Origin: Meiothermus sp.
GTDB lineage: Bacteria; Deinococcota; Deinococci; Deinococcales; Thermaceae
Assembly (NCBI GenBank): GCA_033762915.1
Contig: JANRLD010000117.1
Location: 1 to 18,134 of the forward strand
Length of the DNA: 18,134 nt
Direction: 5' to 3'
Shown here piece after piece: positions 7,107 through 15,012 of this stretch. Under the pieces are notes generated by a model that saw only the letters and a list, made by a program, of their open reading frames with translations, was not told the origin of the DNA and ran no database searches. Each line of letters starts with the position of its first letter. Position 1 is the stretch's first letter. The position numbers and the translations under genes were made by a program.

Positions 7107-8144
7107 ATGCAGCAAGCCGTATCTGTCAAACTAGAAGGCATCGTCAAGAAATTCGGCAGCGTGGTGGCGGTCGAGAAGGTGGACCTGGACCTGCCCGCCG
7201 GGCAGCTAATCACGCTGCTGGGGCCGTCGGGGTGCGGCAAGACCACCATCCTGCGGATGGTGGCGGGCCTCGAGCGGCCCACCGAGGGCCGGATCTTGTT
7301 CGGCGGGGAGGACGTGACCCGCCTGCCCGCGTACCTGCGCGACATCACCATGATGTTCCAGAGCTACGCGCTGTTCCCGCACATGAACGTCTATCACAAC
7401 ATCGCCTACGGCCTCGAGGTGATCCGCCGCCCCAGAGAAGAGATCAAGGAGCGGGTGGCCGAGGTGGTGCGGCAGGTGGGTCTGAGCGGGCTCGAGCAGC
7501 GCCCGGTGGCGGCGTTGTCCGGGGGCCAGCAGCAGCGGGTGGCGCTGGCGCGGTCGCTGGTGATGCAGCCCCGGGTGCTCCTTTTCGACGAGCCGCTCTC
7601 CAACCTCGATGCCAAGCTGCGCAAGCGGGTGCGCGAGGAGATCCGCGAGATTCAGCAGGAGCTGGGCATAACCTCGCTCTACGTGACCCACGACCAGGAA
7701 GAGGCCATGGCCATCTCCGACCTGGTGGTGCTGATGAACAAGGGCGTGATCGAGCAGATGGGCGACCCGCGCAGCCTCTACACCCGGCCGGTCAGCCGCT
7801 TCGCCGCCGACTTCATCGGCCGGGCGAACTTCTTCGCGGGCGAGTTCGATGGAAAAAGTATCCGCGTGGCGGGGTACGCGCAGGGCCACCAGCAGAACGG
7901 CCTGAGCGGCAAGGTGACGGTGATGGTACGCCCCGAGGCGCTGCGGGTGCAGCACGGCGGGGAAGGTCTCGAGGGCACCGTCCACAGCGTGGCCTTTCTT
8001 GGCTCGTCGACCGAGTTCAGCGTGGACACGGCGGTGGGGCGGCTCGAGGGCATTATCGCTGGCGACGCCCCCGAACTCCCCAAGCGCAGCGAAAAAGTGC
8101 GGGTGCAGTTTGCGCCCCAAGGGGTGTATCTGCTTCCGGCCTGA
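7107..8144 (+). CDS. afuC: ABC transporter ATP-binding subunit (AfuC/FbpC/PotA-like) with C-terminal TOBE region
   Basis: Walker A GPSGCGKT, Q-loop FQSYALFPH, signature LSGGQQQR, Walker B LLFDEPLSNLD, H-loop VTHDQEEA. SD AAGGAG at 7096-7101 precedes ATG 7107. Confidence 0.93.
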   Translation: MQQAVSVKLEGIVKKFGSVVAVEKVDLDLPAGQLITLLGPSGCGKTTILRMVAGLERPTEGRILFGGEDVTRLPAYLRDITMMFQSYALFPHMNVYHNIAYGLEVIRRPREEIKERVAEVVRQVGLSGLEQRPVAALSGGQQQRVALARSLVMQPRVLLFDEPLSNLDAKLRKRVREEIREIQQELGITSLYVTHDQEEAMAISDLVVLMNKGVIEQMGDPRSLYTRPVSRFAADFIGRANFFAGEFDGKSIRVAGYAQGHQQNGLSGKVTVMVRPEALRVQHGGEGLEGTVHSVAFLGSSTEFSVDTAVGRLEGIIAGDAPELPKRSEKVRVQFAPQGVYLLPA

Positions 8145-8146
8145 GC

Positions 8147-9136
8147 CTACTTCTTCAAAATCTTCTCGATTTGCTCGAGTTCACCTGAGCTAAAACTCAG
8201 GTTGTCCAGCGCCCCCACTGCGTCTTCAATCTGCGAAACCTTGCTGGCCCCGATCAGGGCTGAGTTGACTTCGGGCAAACGCAGCACCCAGGCCAGGGCC
8301 ATTTGGGCCAGGGTCTGCCCCCGTGCCTTGGCGATCTTGTTCAGCTTTTGCACCTTGGTAATTTTGTCGTCGGTGATCTGGCTGGGGCGCAGGTAGCCGT
8401 GAGCCTTGGAGGCCCTCGAGCCTTCCGGGATTCCCTTCAGATATTTGTCCGAGAGCAGGCCCTGCTCCAAGGGCGAGAACACGATGCTCCCGATGCCCTC
8501 ATCGTGTAGCACTTTGGTCAGCCCCTTCTCGATCCATCGGTCGAACATGCTGTAGCGGGGCTGGTGAATCAGGCACGGCGTGCCCAGTTGCTTGAGGATG
8601 CTGGCGGCCTCGAGGGTCTGCTCGGCGCTGTAGCTGGAAATGCCCGCATACAGGGCCCGGCCGCTTCGCACGATGTAGTCGAGGGCCATCATGGTTTCCT
8701 CGAGCGGGGTCTCGGGGTCGAAGCGGTGCGAATAGAAGATGTCCACGTACTCCAGCCCCATCCGCTTGAGGCTCTGGTCGCAGCTCGCCACCAGGTATTT
8801 ACGGCTGCCCCACTCGCCATAGGGCCCCGGCCACATCAGGTAGCCGGCCTTGCTCGAGATGATCAGCTCGTCGCGGTACGGTACGAAGTCCTGCTTGAAG
8901 ATCGTCCCGAAGTTCTCCTCGGCCGACCCGGGCGGCGGGCCGTAGTTGTTGGCCAGGTCGAAGTGGGTGATGCCCAGGTCGAACGCCCGGCGCAGCATGG
9001 CGCGCCCGTTCTCGAGGGCGTCCACCCCGCCGAAGTTGTGCCATAGCCCCAGCGAGATCGCGGGAATCTTGAGGCCCCACTTTCCCACCCGGTTGTAGCG
9101 CATCGCGTCGTAGCGGTTGCTCGCGGCTAGATACAT
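8147..9136 (-). CDS. gpr: L-glyceraldehyde 3-phosphate reductase / methylglyoxal reductase (YghZ/MgrA-type aldo-keto reductase)
   Basis: Characteristic ISLGLWHNFG, THFDLANNYGPPPGSAE, RDELIISSKAGYLMWPGPYGEWGSRKYL, DIFYSHR and LIHQPRYSM. SD AAGGAG at 9142-9147. Confidence 0.93.
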   Translation of the reverse strand: MYLAASNRYDAMRYNRVGKWGLKIPAISLGLWHNFGGVDALENGRAMLRRAFDLGITHFDLANNYGPPPGSAEENFGTIFKQDFVPYRDELIISSKAGYLMWPGPYGEWGSRKYLVASCDQSLKRMGLEYVDIFYSHRFDPETPLEETMMALDYIVRSGRALYAGISSYSAEQTLEAASILKQLGTPCLIHQPRYSMFDRWIEKGLTKVLHDEGIGSIVFSPLEQGLLSDKYLKGIPEGSRASKAHGYLRPSQITDDKITKVQKLNKIAKARGQTLAQMALAWVLRLPEVNSALIGASKVSQIEDAVGALDNLSFSSGELEQIEKILKK

Positions 9137-9171
9137 GGTTGCTCCTTAGGTTCGGGGAAAGCGCCCCGGGT

Positions 9172-9201
9172 TTGACAGCTTGAAGCCATCAAAACTATAC
9201 T
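9172..9201 (+). promoter_or_regulatory. Near-consensus sigma70 promoter for the aminotransferase leader
   Basis: TTGACA (9172-9177) - 18 nt - TATACT (9196-9201). The predicted +1 falls on or next to the G of GTG 9208. Confidence 0.75.
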
Positions 9202-9207
9202 TCACGC

Positions 9208-9243
9208 GTGGAGACGCAGTTCACCCGCGCCGATACTGCATAG
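9208..9243 (+). CDS. Putative leaderless leader peptide METQFTRADTA (11 aa)
   Basis: GTG is 6 nt after TATACT. The frame is open to TAG at 9241-9243, immediately followed by competing hairpins and a terminator. Confidence 0.45.
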   Translation: METQFTRADTA

Positions 9244-9272
9244 GCGGCAGGCCGAAGTTTGGTCTGTCGCTG

Positions 9273-9294
9273 CCCGCCGATTGGCGGGTTTTTT
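9273..9294 (+). terminator. Intrinsic terminator (attenuator) inside the 5' leader of the aminotransferase
   Basis: CCCGCC-GATT-GGCGGG followed by TTTTTT, about 110 nt upstream of the main ATG and downstream of the promoter. Confidence 0.8.
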
Positions 9295-9403
9295 GTTGGT
9301 GGAAGGGCGACCGGAAGCTGAAGATCAAGGCGGGAAGGACGACGAGCGGGTCTGGCTGGCGGATGGCGGCCCGCTCCGTAAGCATCCGCCAAAGGAGAAG
9401 CCC

Positions 9404-10465
9404 ATGATAAACCTAACCCGAGGAGTTCCCGCAGACGAGAGTTTTCCCCTCGAGGCGCTGCGCGAGTGCGCCGCCGAGGCCGTGCAGACCGATGTGCTAC
9501 GCTACGGGGACGGATACGGCTACAGGCCACTGCGCGAGTACTTGGCCCAGAGCCACGGGGTGGGCCTCGAGCAGGTGATGGTCACCAATGGGTCGCTGCA
9601 GTTCGTAGACCTGCTGGGTCTTTCGGTGCTGAGTAGGGGAGATGTGGTGCTGGTGGAGTCGCCCACCTACGACCGCACCCTCACCCTGCTGCGCCGACAT
9701 GGGCTGGTTCCCGTGGGAGTACCGCTCGAGGCAGACGGGGTGAACCTCGAGGCCTTCGAGGCGGCGGTCAGGGAGCACAAGCCCAAGATGTTCTACGTGG
9801 TCGCCGACTTTCAAAACCCCTCCGGTTCGGTAATGAGCCTTGCCAAGCGGCGGCGGGTGGTGGAGCTGGCCGAACAGTACGGATTTTGGGTGCTCGAGGA
9901 CTCCCCCTACCGACCGCTGCGCTACTCCGGTCAGCCAGTGCCCAGCTTGCGCGAACTCAACCCCAAGGTGGTGCTGCAAATGTCGTCGTACAGCAAGCAG
10001 ATTGGGCCGGGGGTCCGGGTGGGGTACATGCTGGGGGACGCCGAGGTGCTCAAGCCACTTGCCAAGGCCGCCAACGACACCTACATCAGCGCGGGCTTTA
10101 CGGGGCAGGCCATTGCCAATGCGTTTTTGCGGCGTGGGCTGTTGGAGGGGCAACTCGAGCAGCTCCGCCAACTGTATGCCCCTCGCCTGAACGCGATGGT
10201 GGCTGCGTTGAATCAGCACCTGCCGGGGGCGCTCGAGGCCGCGCCCGAGGGCGGATTTTTCCTCTCGATCACCCTGCCCGAACAGCACACGATGCCCAAC
10301 CTATTGGCAAAGGCCGCCGAGGTCGGGCTGAACCTCTCCGACGGGCGCGGATTTTTCGTCAACCCCAGCGAAGGCGAGCGCTTCCTGAGGCTGCCTTTTT
10401 GCGCCATGAGCGAAGTGGAGATTCAGGACGGAGTCCAGCGGCTTGCAGGTCTGCTGAGGGGCTAA
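9404..10465 (+). CDS. PLP-dependent aminotransferase class I/II (LysN/2-aminoadipate transaminase-like, no HTH)
   Basis: INLTRGVP, YGDGYGYRPLRE, VTNGS, VESPTY, DFQNPSG, EDSPY, SYSKQIGPGVRVGY (PLP lysine), PEGGFF and FLRLPF. Start moved to ATG 9404 with AAGGAG at 9392-9397. Confidence 0.9.
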   Translation: MINLTRGVPADESFPLEALRECAAEAVQTDVLRYGDGYGYRPLREYLAQSHGVGLEQVMVTNGSLQFVDLLGLSVLSRGDVVLVESPTYDRTLTLLRRHGLVPVGVPLEADGVNLEAFEAAVREHKPKMFYVVADFQNPSGSVMSLAKRRRVVELAEQYGFWVLEDSPYRPLRYSGQPVPSLRELNPKVVLQMSSYSKQIGPGVRVGYMLGDAEVLKPLAKAANDTYISAGFTGQAIANAFLRRGLLEGQLEQLRQLYAPRLNAMVAALNQHLPGALEAAPEGGFFLSITLPEQHTMPNLLAKAAEVGLNLSDGRGFFVNPSEGERFLRLPFCAMSEVEIQDGVQRLAGLLRG

Positions 10466-10493
10466 AGTTGTCCTTTTGAAAAGGGAGGGTCTT

Positions 10494-10934
10494 ATGATTG
10501 GCGATCTTATTGGTCTCTACAAACGCGATCTCGAGAAGTTTGCCGCAGAACTCGAGGCCTACCGCGACGACGGCTCGATCTGGAAGCTAGCCGGGGAGAT
10601 CAAGAATCCCGCCGGAAACCTGGCGATGCACGTCGTCGGAAACCTGAACTACTACGTGGGGGCGCTGCTGGGCGGCACGAGGTATGTACGGAACCGGCCC
10701 GCCGAGTTCGAGACGCGGGAAGGCTCGAGGGCCGACCTTGCCAAGCAACTGCGCGAGACGGGGGTGATGATCGAGCGGGTGTTGGGCGGGTTCTCGCGGG
10801 AACAGCTCGAGGCTCCCTTCCCACAACCTATTGAGGAGTATCCCAGCAGCAATCAGGGTTTCCTGATGCACCTCTACGGACACCTCAACTGGCACCTGGG
10901 GCAGGTTAACTATCACCGACGGTTGGTGGTATAG
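10494..10934 (+). CDS. DinB/YfiT superfamily protein (DUF1572-like four-helix metalloprotein)
   Basis: NPAGNLAMHVVGNL, YVRNRPAEF and HLYGHLNWHLGQVNY form the His triad pattern. SD GGAGG at 10484-10488 precedes ATG 10494. Confidence 0.85.
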   Translation: MIGDLIGLYKRDLEKFAAELEAYRDDGSIWKLAGEIKNPAGNLAMHVVGNLNYYVGALLGGTRYVRNRPAEFETREGSRADLAKQLRETGVMIERVLGGFSREQLEAPFPQPIEEYPSSNQGFLMHLYGHLNWHLGQVNYHRRLVV

Positions 10935-10940
10935 CTGGCA

Positions 10941-10976
10941 TTCGGTAGGGCTTTAGCGTGCCAAAGCCCTATCGAA
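10941..10976. terminator. Hairpin between convergent genes, likely bidirectional terminator
   Basis: TTCGGTAGGGCTTT (10941-10954) pairs with AAAGCCCTATCGAA (10963-10976): 14 bp with one G-U. Confidence 0.65.
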
Positions 10977-10990
10977 TTGCGCATCCTAGG

Positions 10991-11989
10991 TCAGTGGGTC
11001 AGCACTTTACGCACTGCTTCCAAGACCCGCTTGGCATCGGGCCGATAAAAGTTTTCCACTGCACTAAATGGCGGGTAAGGCGCGTCCCAACCCGCCACCC
11101 GCACGATCGGGGCTTGCAGGAAGTCCAACGCCTCCTCGGCAATCCGCGCCGAGATTTCGGCCCCGAAGCCGCCCGTCCGCATGGCCTCGTAGACCACTAC
11201 GGCCCGCCCGGTCTTGCGCACCGACTCGAGAATGGTCCCGGTGTCCAGCGGGGTGAGGGTCTCGAGGTCAACGATCTCGAGCTCGACGCCCTCACGCGCC
11301 GCGACCTCGGCGGCCTTCTGACATACCTCGACCATCCCGCCGTAGCACAGCAGGCTGGCCGCATCGCCCTCGCGCACCACTCGGGCTTTGCCCAGCGGCA
11401 GGGTGTAGTAGTCCTCGGGCACCTCGGCCTTTACCCCCCGGTAGAGCTTGATGGGCTCGAGGAAGAATACCGGGTCGGGGTCCGCGATGGCCGAGAGCAG
11501 CAGCCCCTTGGCCCGCTCTGGTGAGCTGGGAATGATCACCTTGACTCCCGGCACGTGGCACAGCACCGCCTCGGGGCTGTCGGCGTGCTGCTCGGGGGTC
11601 TTGACTCCGCCACCGTAGGGGGCACGAATCACCATCGGGATGGTGTGCCGCCCACGGGTGCGGTGGCGCATCCGCCCCAGGTGCGAGAGAACCTGGTCGA
11701 GTGCAGGGTACAGAAAACCGGCGAACTGAATCTCGGCAATCGGGCGCATTCCGGCCATCGCCAGCCCGATCCCGAAGCCCACAATGCCCGCCTCGGCCAA
11801 AGGTGTATCGAACACCCGCTTTTCGCCGTACTTGGCTTGCAGGCCATCGGAAGCCCGGAAGACCCCCCCCATCACCCCCACGTCTTCGCCAAAGAGCAGC
11901 GTGCGGGGGTCGTGCTCAAGGGCTAAATCCAGCGCCTCATTGATGGCTTGGACGTTGTTGAGCACTCGAGTTCCACGCTCGGCAATCAT
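10991..11989 (-). CDS. pdhB: 2-oxoacid (pyruvate/branched-chain) dehydrogenase E1 beta subunit
   Basis: [42 protein letters not shown] and SVRKTGR. Start moved to ATG 11989 with SD GGAGGT at 11995-12000. Confidence 0.92.
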   Translation of the reverse strand: MIAERGTRVLNNVQAINEALDLALEHDPRTLLFGEDVGVMGGVFRASDGLQAKYGEKRVFDTPLAEAGIVGFGIGLAMAGMRPIAEIQFAGFLYPALDQVLSHLGRMRHRTRGRHTIPMVIRAPYGGGVKTPEQHADSPEAVLCHVPGVKVIIPSSPERAKGLLLSAIADPDPVFFLEPIKLYRGVKAEVPEDYYTLPLGKARVVREGDAASLLCYGGMVEVCQKAAEVAAREGVELEIVDLETLTPLDTGTILESVRKTGRAVVVYEAMRTGGFGAEISARIAEEALDFLQAPIVRVAGWDAPYPPFSAVENFYRPDAKRVLEAVRKVLTH

Positions 11990-12077
11990 GCTGCACCTCC
12001 GCACAGGAAAGGCCGAAAACCTACCCTACATCGGTTAAAGATGTGGGGGGTACATCTTTTGATTTTGCCTCCCGCTT

Positions 12078-13127
12078 TCATGACTCACCCCGCAGATACG
12101 CCCAATCCCGCTGCTGATCCGGCCCCATTTCAGCGAACACCTGTTCCACGATTTCCCAGGGCTTGGGTTCGGGGGCTGCATGGGCTTCCTCGAGGGCGGC
12201 TAAAAATTCCGTCTCGAGTTCCTCCGTAAGGGCATTCTCCTTGTCAGCGTCCCACAGCCCCAGGTGGGTCAGGCAGCCCCGCATCCGCAGGACGGGGTCT
12301 TTCTTGGCCCACTCGCCCGCCTCGCCTTCGTCGCGGTAGCGGCTGGGGTCGTCGGAGGAGGTGTGGGGGGCGATGCGGTAGGTGAGGGTCTCGAGCAGGG
12401 TCGGGCCGTCGCCGCGCCGCGCGCGCTCGGCGGCCTGCCGGGCGGCGTGCCAGACCGCCACCAGGTCGTTGCCGTCCGCCACCACACCGGGGATGCCGTA
12501 GCCCTGGGCCTTCAGTGCGATGCGCTGCACCTTCATCTGCTTGCGGGTGGGCACGCTGATGGCCCAGCCGTTGTTCTGCACCACGATCAGCAGGGGCGCG
12601 TCGAAGACCGAGGCGAAGTTGAGCCCCTCGTGGAAGTCGCCTTCCGAGGTGCCCCCGTCGCCGATGAAGACGGCTGCGACAGCATCGCGGCCCTGCAGGC
12701 GCTGGGCGTGGGCGATGCCCGCGGCCTGGGGGACCTGGGTGGCGATGGGGATGTAGAACTGGATCATGTTCACGTCCTCAGGAATCCGCCACCCCGCTGG
12801 GTCGGCCCGCCAGCTCAGGATGAGGCGACTCAAGGGCATCCCGAAGGTGATGGCTGCCGCCGTCTCGCGGTAACTGGGCACGATCCAGTCGTCCTTGCGC
12901 AGCGCCAGCGCGACCCCCACCTGCGAGGCTTCTTGCCCCCGGAACAGCGGGTAAACGCCCAGCCGCCCCTGTCGCTGGAGTACCAGGGCCCGCTCGTCGA
13001 AGTGCCGCGCCCGTCGGAGGGCGCGGTAGCCGTGTAAGAGCTCGTCCGAACTCAGCGGCAGGTCGCCCAGAGGCCGGCCGTCGTCGGCCAAAAACTGAAT
13101 TGTCTCCACCAGATCAGTGTAGCGCAC
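12078..13127 (-). CDS. pdhA: 2-oxoacid (pyruvate/branched-chain) dehydrogenase E1 alpha subunit
   Basis: LQRQGRLG..GQEA, PSYRE, ThDP motif GDGGTSEGDFHEGLNFA...QNN, DGND and TYRIAPHTSSDDP. Confidence 0.92.
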   Translation of the reverse strand: MRYTDLVETIQFLADDGRPLGDLPLSSDELLHGYRALRRARHFDERALVLQRQGRLGVYPLFRGQEASQVGVALALRKDDWIVPSYRETAAAITFGMPLSRLILSWRADPAGWRIPEDVNMIQFYIPIATQVPQAAGIAHAQRLQGRDAVAAVFIGDGGTSEGDFHEGLNFASVFDAPLLIVVQNNGWAISVPTRKQMKVQRIALKAQGYGIPGVVADGNDLVAVWHAARQAAERARRGDGPTLLETLTYRIAPHTSSDDPSRYRDEGEAGEWAKKDPVLRMRGCLTHLGLWDADKENALTEELETEFLAALEEAHAAPEPKPWEIVEQVFAEMGPDQQRDWAYLRGES

Positions 13128-13234
13128 CCCGACCGGAGTAGTGTTGACCGATGTACCAAAGGGACATGATGAGCGACAGGCGTGAAGACGGTTGTGACAC
13201 GCTAGTGGTAGATACGCTCCTCACGAGCATACTA

Positions 13235-13252
13235 TCGTGAAAATAACCACAA
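13235..13252. promoter_or_regulatory. Candidate Rex- or CRP-family operator upstream of pdhA
   Basis: TCGTGA-AAATAA-CCACAA matches TTGTGA-N6-TCACAA at 10/12 positions with an all-A/T spacer. It is adjacent to a minus-strand TATGCT hexamer (13227-13232). Confidence 0.4.
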
Positions 13253-13370
13253 GAAGCCCACAAGGTACGACGCAGACTTTAGAGCCCGATTCCCCAACAG
13301 CCGACCCCCGTTTGGCTCGCAATCCCGGCCTATCGAATTATCTCCCCCTGTACTGATAGAGTAGCGCCAT

Positions 13371-14738
13371 ATGAGTCAATGGAGAGCCCACCTCGAGCAA
13401 CGTCAGTCCGCCCACCTGAACGAATTCGTTGAGCTGCTTTCGTTCCCCAGCATCTCGGCCCAGCCGCACATGAAAGATCACGTGCGGGCCTGCGCCGAGT
13501 GGCTGGCGGCACGGTTCAAGGCGGCTGGGTTCGTTCGGGCCGAGGTGATGGCCACCCCCGGTCACCCGGTGGTGTACGCCGAGCACTGCCCTCACCCCGA
13601 CAAACCGACCCTGCTCTTCTACGGCCACTACGATGTGCAGCCCGCCGATAACCCCGAGCGCTGGCTCTCCCCGCCCTTCGAGCCCACCGTCGATGGCGAC
13701 CGCATCCGGGCCAGAGGAGCCTCGGACATGAAGGGGCAAGTGATCGCCTTCCTCCAGGCGGCCGAGGCCCTGATCGCCCAGGGCGGCCTGCCCATCAACC
13801 TCAAGGTGATCGTGGAGGGCGAGGAGGAGATCGGCAGCCCCAACCTGTCGGCCTTTATCGAGCAGAACCGCGCGATGCTCGAGGCCGACTACATCGTGAG
13901 CGGCGACAGCGGGCAGGTCTCGGAGACCCAGCCGGGCCTGGTGCTGGGGACGCGGGGCATCTGCGGACTCGAGTTCACTCTGACCGGCCCCGGCCACGAC
14001 CTGCACTCCGGCTCCTGGGGCGGGGCCGTGCAGAACCCCCTGCACGCTATCGCCGAACTGGTGGCCTCGCTGCACCGGCCCGACGGCGGCGTGGCGGTGG
14101 AGGGTTTCTACGACCAGGTGGAGCCCCTCACCGAGGCCGACCGCCAGTGGTTCGCCAAGATTCCCTTCGACGAGGCCAAGGAACTGGGCAAGCTAAAGCT
14201 TGAGACCTTCTACGGCGAGGCGGGCTACACCACCCTCGAACGCCAGGCTGGCCGTCCAACCCTCGAGATTAACGGGTTGTGGGGCGGCTACACCGGGGCG
14301 GGCTCCATGACCGTGATTCCCGCCCAGGCCCACGCCAAGATCACCTGCCGCCTGGTACCCCGCCAGGACCCTGCAAAGATCATCCAGGCGGTCACCCGGC
14401 ACCTCGAGGCGCACTGCCCCAAGGGCACCCGCATCGAGGTCAGGGCCAGGGAGTTCGGGGCCTTCGCCTTCCGCATCAGCGCCGATCACCCCGTAAACCA
14501 AGCCGCAAAAGCCGTGCTCAGCGAACTGTACGGCGTGGAGCCGGTCGAGCTGATGTTTGGCGGCTCGGTGCCGGTGCTGGCCACCTTCCAACAACTTTTC
14601 GGCAAAGACCCGGTGAGTTTTGGCTTCGGCCTCGACGACGAGCTGATCCACTCGCCCAACGAGTACTTCCGACTCAGCAGCTATGAGAAGGGCAAGCGGG
14701 CCTACGGGATGTTCCTGGAGCAGCTCGCGAAGATATAA
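13371..14738 (+). CDS. M20 family metallopeptidase (ArgE/DapE-like dipeptidase)
   Basis: YGHYDVQP, ARGASDMKG, EGEEEIGSP, DLHSG, RPTLEINGLWGGY, GGSVP and IHSPNE. TAGAGT hexamer (13357-13362) lies 8 nt before ATG, with no SD. Confidence 0.93.
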   Translation: MSQWRAHLEQRQSAHLNEFVELLSFPSISAQPHMKDHVRACAEWLAARFKAAGFVRAEVMATPGHPVVYAEHCPHPDKPTLLFYGHYDVQPADNPERWLSPPFEPTVDGDRIRARGASDMKGQVIAFLQAAEALIAQGGLPINLKVIVEGEEEIGSPNLSAFIEQNRAMLEADYIVSGDSGQVSETQPGLVLGTRGICGLEFTLTGPGHDLHSGSWGGAVQNPLHAIAELVASLHRPDGGVAVEGFYDQVEPLTEADRQWFAKIPFDEAKELGKLKLETFYGEAGYTTLERQAGRPTLEINGLWGGYTGAGSMTVIPAQAHAKITCRLVPRQDPAKIIQAVTRHLEAHCPKGTRIEVRAREFGAFAFRISADHPVNQAAKAVLSELYGVEPVELMFGGSVPVLATFQQLFGKDPVSFGFGLDDELIHSPNEYFRLSSYEKGKRAYGMFLEQLAKI

Positions 14739-14793
14739 CGGCATAGCCAAACGGTGAAGTGGCGCCCCGAGTTGCCCGCAGGGAAATGCACCT

Positions 14794-14875
14794 CGGGTAG
14801 CCGCCCTGCGGCTATGGCGCAAGCCACTTTGCCCCGGGTAGCCGCCCTGCGGCTATGGTGTAAGCCACTTTGCCC
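14794..14875. repeat. Tandem direct repeat, 2 x 41 bp, REP-like and internally palindromic
   Basis: CGGGTAGCCGCCCTGCGGCTATGG(C/T)G(C/T)AAGCCACTTTGCCC at 14794-14834 and 14835-14875, with 2 differences. Confidence 0.9.
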
Positions 14876-15012
14876 AGGAACGCGATGGTTGTTCCGCTGG
14901 TTTCGCACACCCTGGCGCGAACCATAACCTTCACATTCTGCCAGGAGCGCCCTCGAGGCAGGCAGAGCCGGGGCCTCTGCCCAGGGGAGAGGTGAGTTTT
15001 GCCGTTGCCTGT

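Noticed and set aside
9295..9312. T-box motif (GGTGGAA)
   Set aside because: It lacks the ACC-GCG continuation, lies downstream of the terminator rather than upstream, and no specifier stem is evident.
9281..9403. 41-aa N-terminal extension of the aminotransferase given by the ORF track
   Set aside because: The TTG start lies within the terminator hairpin with no SD. Family similarity starts at MINLTRG, which has AAGGAG 6 nt upstream.
13114..13230. Minus-strand 38-codon ORF ending just inside pdhA
   Set aside because: No SD and non-native codon usage. The ATG lies within the candidate -10 hexamer, so it would not be transcribed from that promoter.
14794..14875. CRISPR array
   Set aside because: Only two units, directly adjacent with no spacer, and no cas genes in the window.
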